From NCBI GenBank assembly GCA_910583605.1, contig CAJTXN010000014.1, positions 3,797 to 67,796 of the forward strand: 64,000 nucleotides of DNA, written 5' to 3'. Below the pieces are notes generated by a model. It ran no database searches. It was not told the DNA's origin and worked only from the letters and a program-made list of their open reading frames with translations. A program made the translations under genes and the position numbers. This document shows positions 61,993 to 64,000 of this stretch, one piece after another. Every line of letters starts with the position of its first letter. Position 1 is the stretch's first letter. The DNA comes from an uncultured Lachnospiraceae bacterium. Lineage in GTDB: Bacteria > Bacillota > Clostridia > Lachnospirales > Lachnospiraceae.

Positions 61993-62214
61993 AGTATGGA
62001 TGAAGGATCATATGAATAATTTCAGCGGGTTTTGTATGTGCAAAAATTTTAACTGTCCATTACACCCTGCAAAACATAATAAAAGATGCGCTTTGTGTAT
62101 CGGTAAAATTTTATAATTGAAAAAAGTACCAAACTGCTTTTTAAAAACCGGATAATAGAAGGATTGCCGGAGGCAAATTGCATTGCTGCCGTTGAAATAC
62201 CTGAAGCATAAAAC

Positions 62215-62258
62215 AAAAGCCCACCGCTTGCCCGATATGGTAAAGCGGTGGGCTTTTG
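62215..62258. terminator. Intrinsic terminator-like hairpin
   Basis: AAAAGCCCACCGCTT / AAGCGGTGGGCTTTT. Confidence 0.7.
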
Positions 62259-62568
62259 CAATCTGCTCTTATATGAAATACCTTGAAGGGATTCCAATGG
62301 CAGTCACACAGGTCTGTAAACAGGACAACAAAAAGCAGAGCAAACGTTTCATAGACTTCCTGCACTGACTGAAAATTTCGCCAAGGCTCCGGACATCAAA
62401 GGCTCAGGGAAGTATTTTCAATTTATATTATTAATTAATACTTAAAAGGAATAACAATCTTTATTACGCTTAAAATCGTGTAACCCTTGATTTTAGCGGA
62501 ATTCTATAGTTTGAGAGTAATGTAAAATTGAATGTTTTTTCATCTACTAGTGACATAAAAACATAATA

Positions 62569-62621
62569 AAAAAGGAACAATATCTTGGCCAACAAATGGG
62601 TGCCGGATATTGTTCCTTTTT
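62569..62621. terminator. Terminator downstream of the integrase
   Basis: AAAAAGGAACAATATC / GATATTGTTCCTTTTT. Confidence 0.75.
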
Positions 62622-62694
62622 AGATATCTCATTAAGATTATATCATTTTACACAGGAAAGGTCAATGTTTTCAACAACTATCACCAGGACTGGT

Positions 62695-63719
62695 TTATAT
62701 TTTTTCTATGGCAATTCTTAGCTGTTCAATGTCTTTATGAGTATATATTTTCTCTGTAATATCTCCGCCTGATGAATGGCCAAGTAACCGCTTTACAGAT
62801 ACCGGATTTGCACCGGAATTGTTTAACAGGGTGGCAAAGGTATGCCGGCAGTCATGGGGGGTATGCTTATCTGTGACACCTGCTGCCGTCAGAGCCTTGT
62901 TAAATTCTTTCATGTATGTCTGGTATGATATGTTAATCCACCCTGACTGGCTTCGTATTTTGACCATATCAGCGATTTTAGGGTGAATGGGTACTAATCT
63001 ATGTTTTGACGCTCTTGTCTTAACACCGCCCCGAAAATAGCCTTCCTTCAGGTTGATTTCTTCCAGGGTGAGCAGTTCGCCAATTCGCCAACCACTGTAT
63101 ATCATTATCAGTATAGTATCCACATATGGAACGGAACCGGCAGCAGTCTATAACTGGTTGATATCTTCCGGAGTAAATGGTTCCCCGTGTTCGTCGTCGT
63201 CCTCTTTGGTTATCTTACAGAATTTGGAATAATCCTTTTGCACAATATCATATTCCAGCGCATAGCGGTACATCTGGTTCAACAGGTTCTTGATATGATC
63301 CATGTATGCATGGGATAAATTATAGTTGTCTAATACGGTCTGCAGGTCCAGGGTTCGTAATTCTGCAAAGGTCCGTTCGTGAAGAGCAGCGCATTTGTTA
63401 TAGGCTCCTCTTGTAGTAATCATGGAACTTTGCGAGTAGTTCCGCTTGCTGTTTACATACTTGTATTCATACCACAGGCGGTAGACTTCGGCAAATGACA
63501 GGCTACGGCTTTGAATATCGTACGGAGAGCGGTTATATTCGGCTAAGGCTATAATGCCTCATTCCGGTCGGAAAACCGCCCCAAAACGTCAAATACGGGG
63601 TAGTTTCTGTCGTCCATCCTGGTATTAACTCTTACCTCATATGGCTGGCGCCTCCGGCCGGACAGTTTCACAACGGTACCATACCCGTTCCGGTTCCTTA
63701 AGGGTCTACCTTTTGGCAT
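62695..63719 (-). pseudogene. Phage-type tyrosine integrase with a frameshift near 63550 and an in-frame TAG at 63148-63150
   Basis: NGYGTVVKLSG arm-binding start, SGWRIGEL, HDCRHTFAT, LLGH, Y in IYTH; three collinear pieces. Confidence 0.88.
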
Positions 63720-63857
63720 AAAAAAATCAGTCCTTTCGTAAAAAATGGGTGCATTTAACAAAGGACTGTGTTATAATAGCTATGTCTAATAGGCTGTTAT
63801 ACAGTCCAATGTATATGGTCTGTGCTCCGGTGTTGGTAGCACCGGGGCATTTTTTAT

Positions 63858-63988
63858 TTGACATTTGTCTGAGGAAAGCATATAATAGACTTAGCAAGAG
63901 AGCCGATAGCTAGAATACACCTAGCCGCCGGTAAAACAATTGACTAAAAATAGCGCCTTACTTTACCAGAGCAGGGGCGCTATTTTTT
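63858..63988 (+). ncRNA. Putative antisense RNA of about 95 nt with its promoter (type I antitoxin candidate)
   Basis: Perfect TTGACA-N17-TATAAT, no ORF, terminator AAAAATAGCGCC / GGCGCTATTTTTT. Confidence 0.65.
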
Positions 63989-64000
63989 GCGTGTAACATT
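63980..64000 (-). CDS. 3' end of a possible small holin-like type I toxin running off the window
   Basis: Reads ..NVTRKK-stop; the stop lies inside the terminator of the antisense RNA; only seven codons visible. Confidence 0.4.
   Translation of the reverse strand, partial: NVTRKK

Noticed and set aside
62278..62417. Possible structured RNA between the island and the integrase
   Set aside because: Only weak end pairing is visible and there is no second copy to test it against.
62430..62560. Attachment site of the tyrosine-integrase element
   Set aside because: The position is plausible but no tRNA end or partner repeat is visible in this window.
62695..63719. Amber readthrough or recoding of the integrase, since both breaks read TTA TAG
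   Set aside because: The first break changes frame and the second is most simply TGG to TAG; other genes in the window use TAG as a normal stop.

Overview
Chromosomal segment of a low-GC Gram-positive anaerobe; gene content and order suggest Clostridia, probably Lachnospiraceae. Positions 1-34.4 kb and 42.4-51 kb are mostly housekeeping or cell-surface genes (ftsH, uvrC, hprK, murB, rapZ, whiA, HPr, dnaE, pfkA, Suf-like pair, mecA, alpha-amylase, glnA with an ANTAR regulator, dapL, CobW-type GTPases). The standout is a nested pair of serine-recombinase elements. A pdaB-like sporulation polysaccharide deacetylase gene with a sigmaE-like promoter is split at the W of SFDAAW|GNED by a 7084-bp element (CCCATG core repeats at 35037-35042 and 42121-42126). 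That element's own recombinase gene is split at GTNF|DRP by a 5208-bp element (TT core, 19/24-bp inverted repeats) carrying an intact recombinase, a TnpW-like ORF and a soluble PAS hybrid histidine kinase. Both excisions restore intact frames on paper (532-aa recombinase, 261-aa deacetylase), which suggests an ordered two-step DNA rearrangement. Other items: a two-copy intergenic structured motif with compensatory base changes, an ANTAR-type attenuator, a sigma28-promoter cluster of unknown proteins, a decayed accessory region with a heptamer array, a tyrosine integrase pseudogene, and a probable type I toxin-antitoxin locus at the right edge. All calls were made by eye from motifs; no database searches were run.
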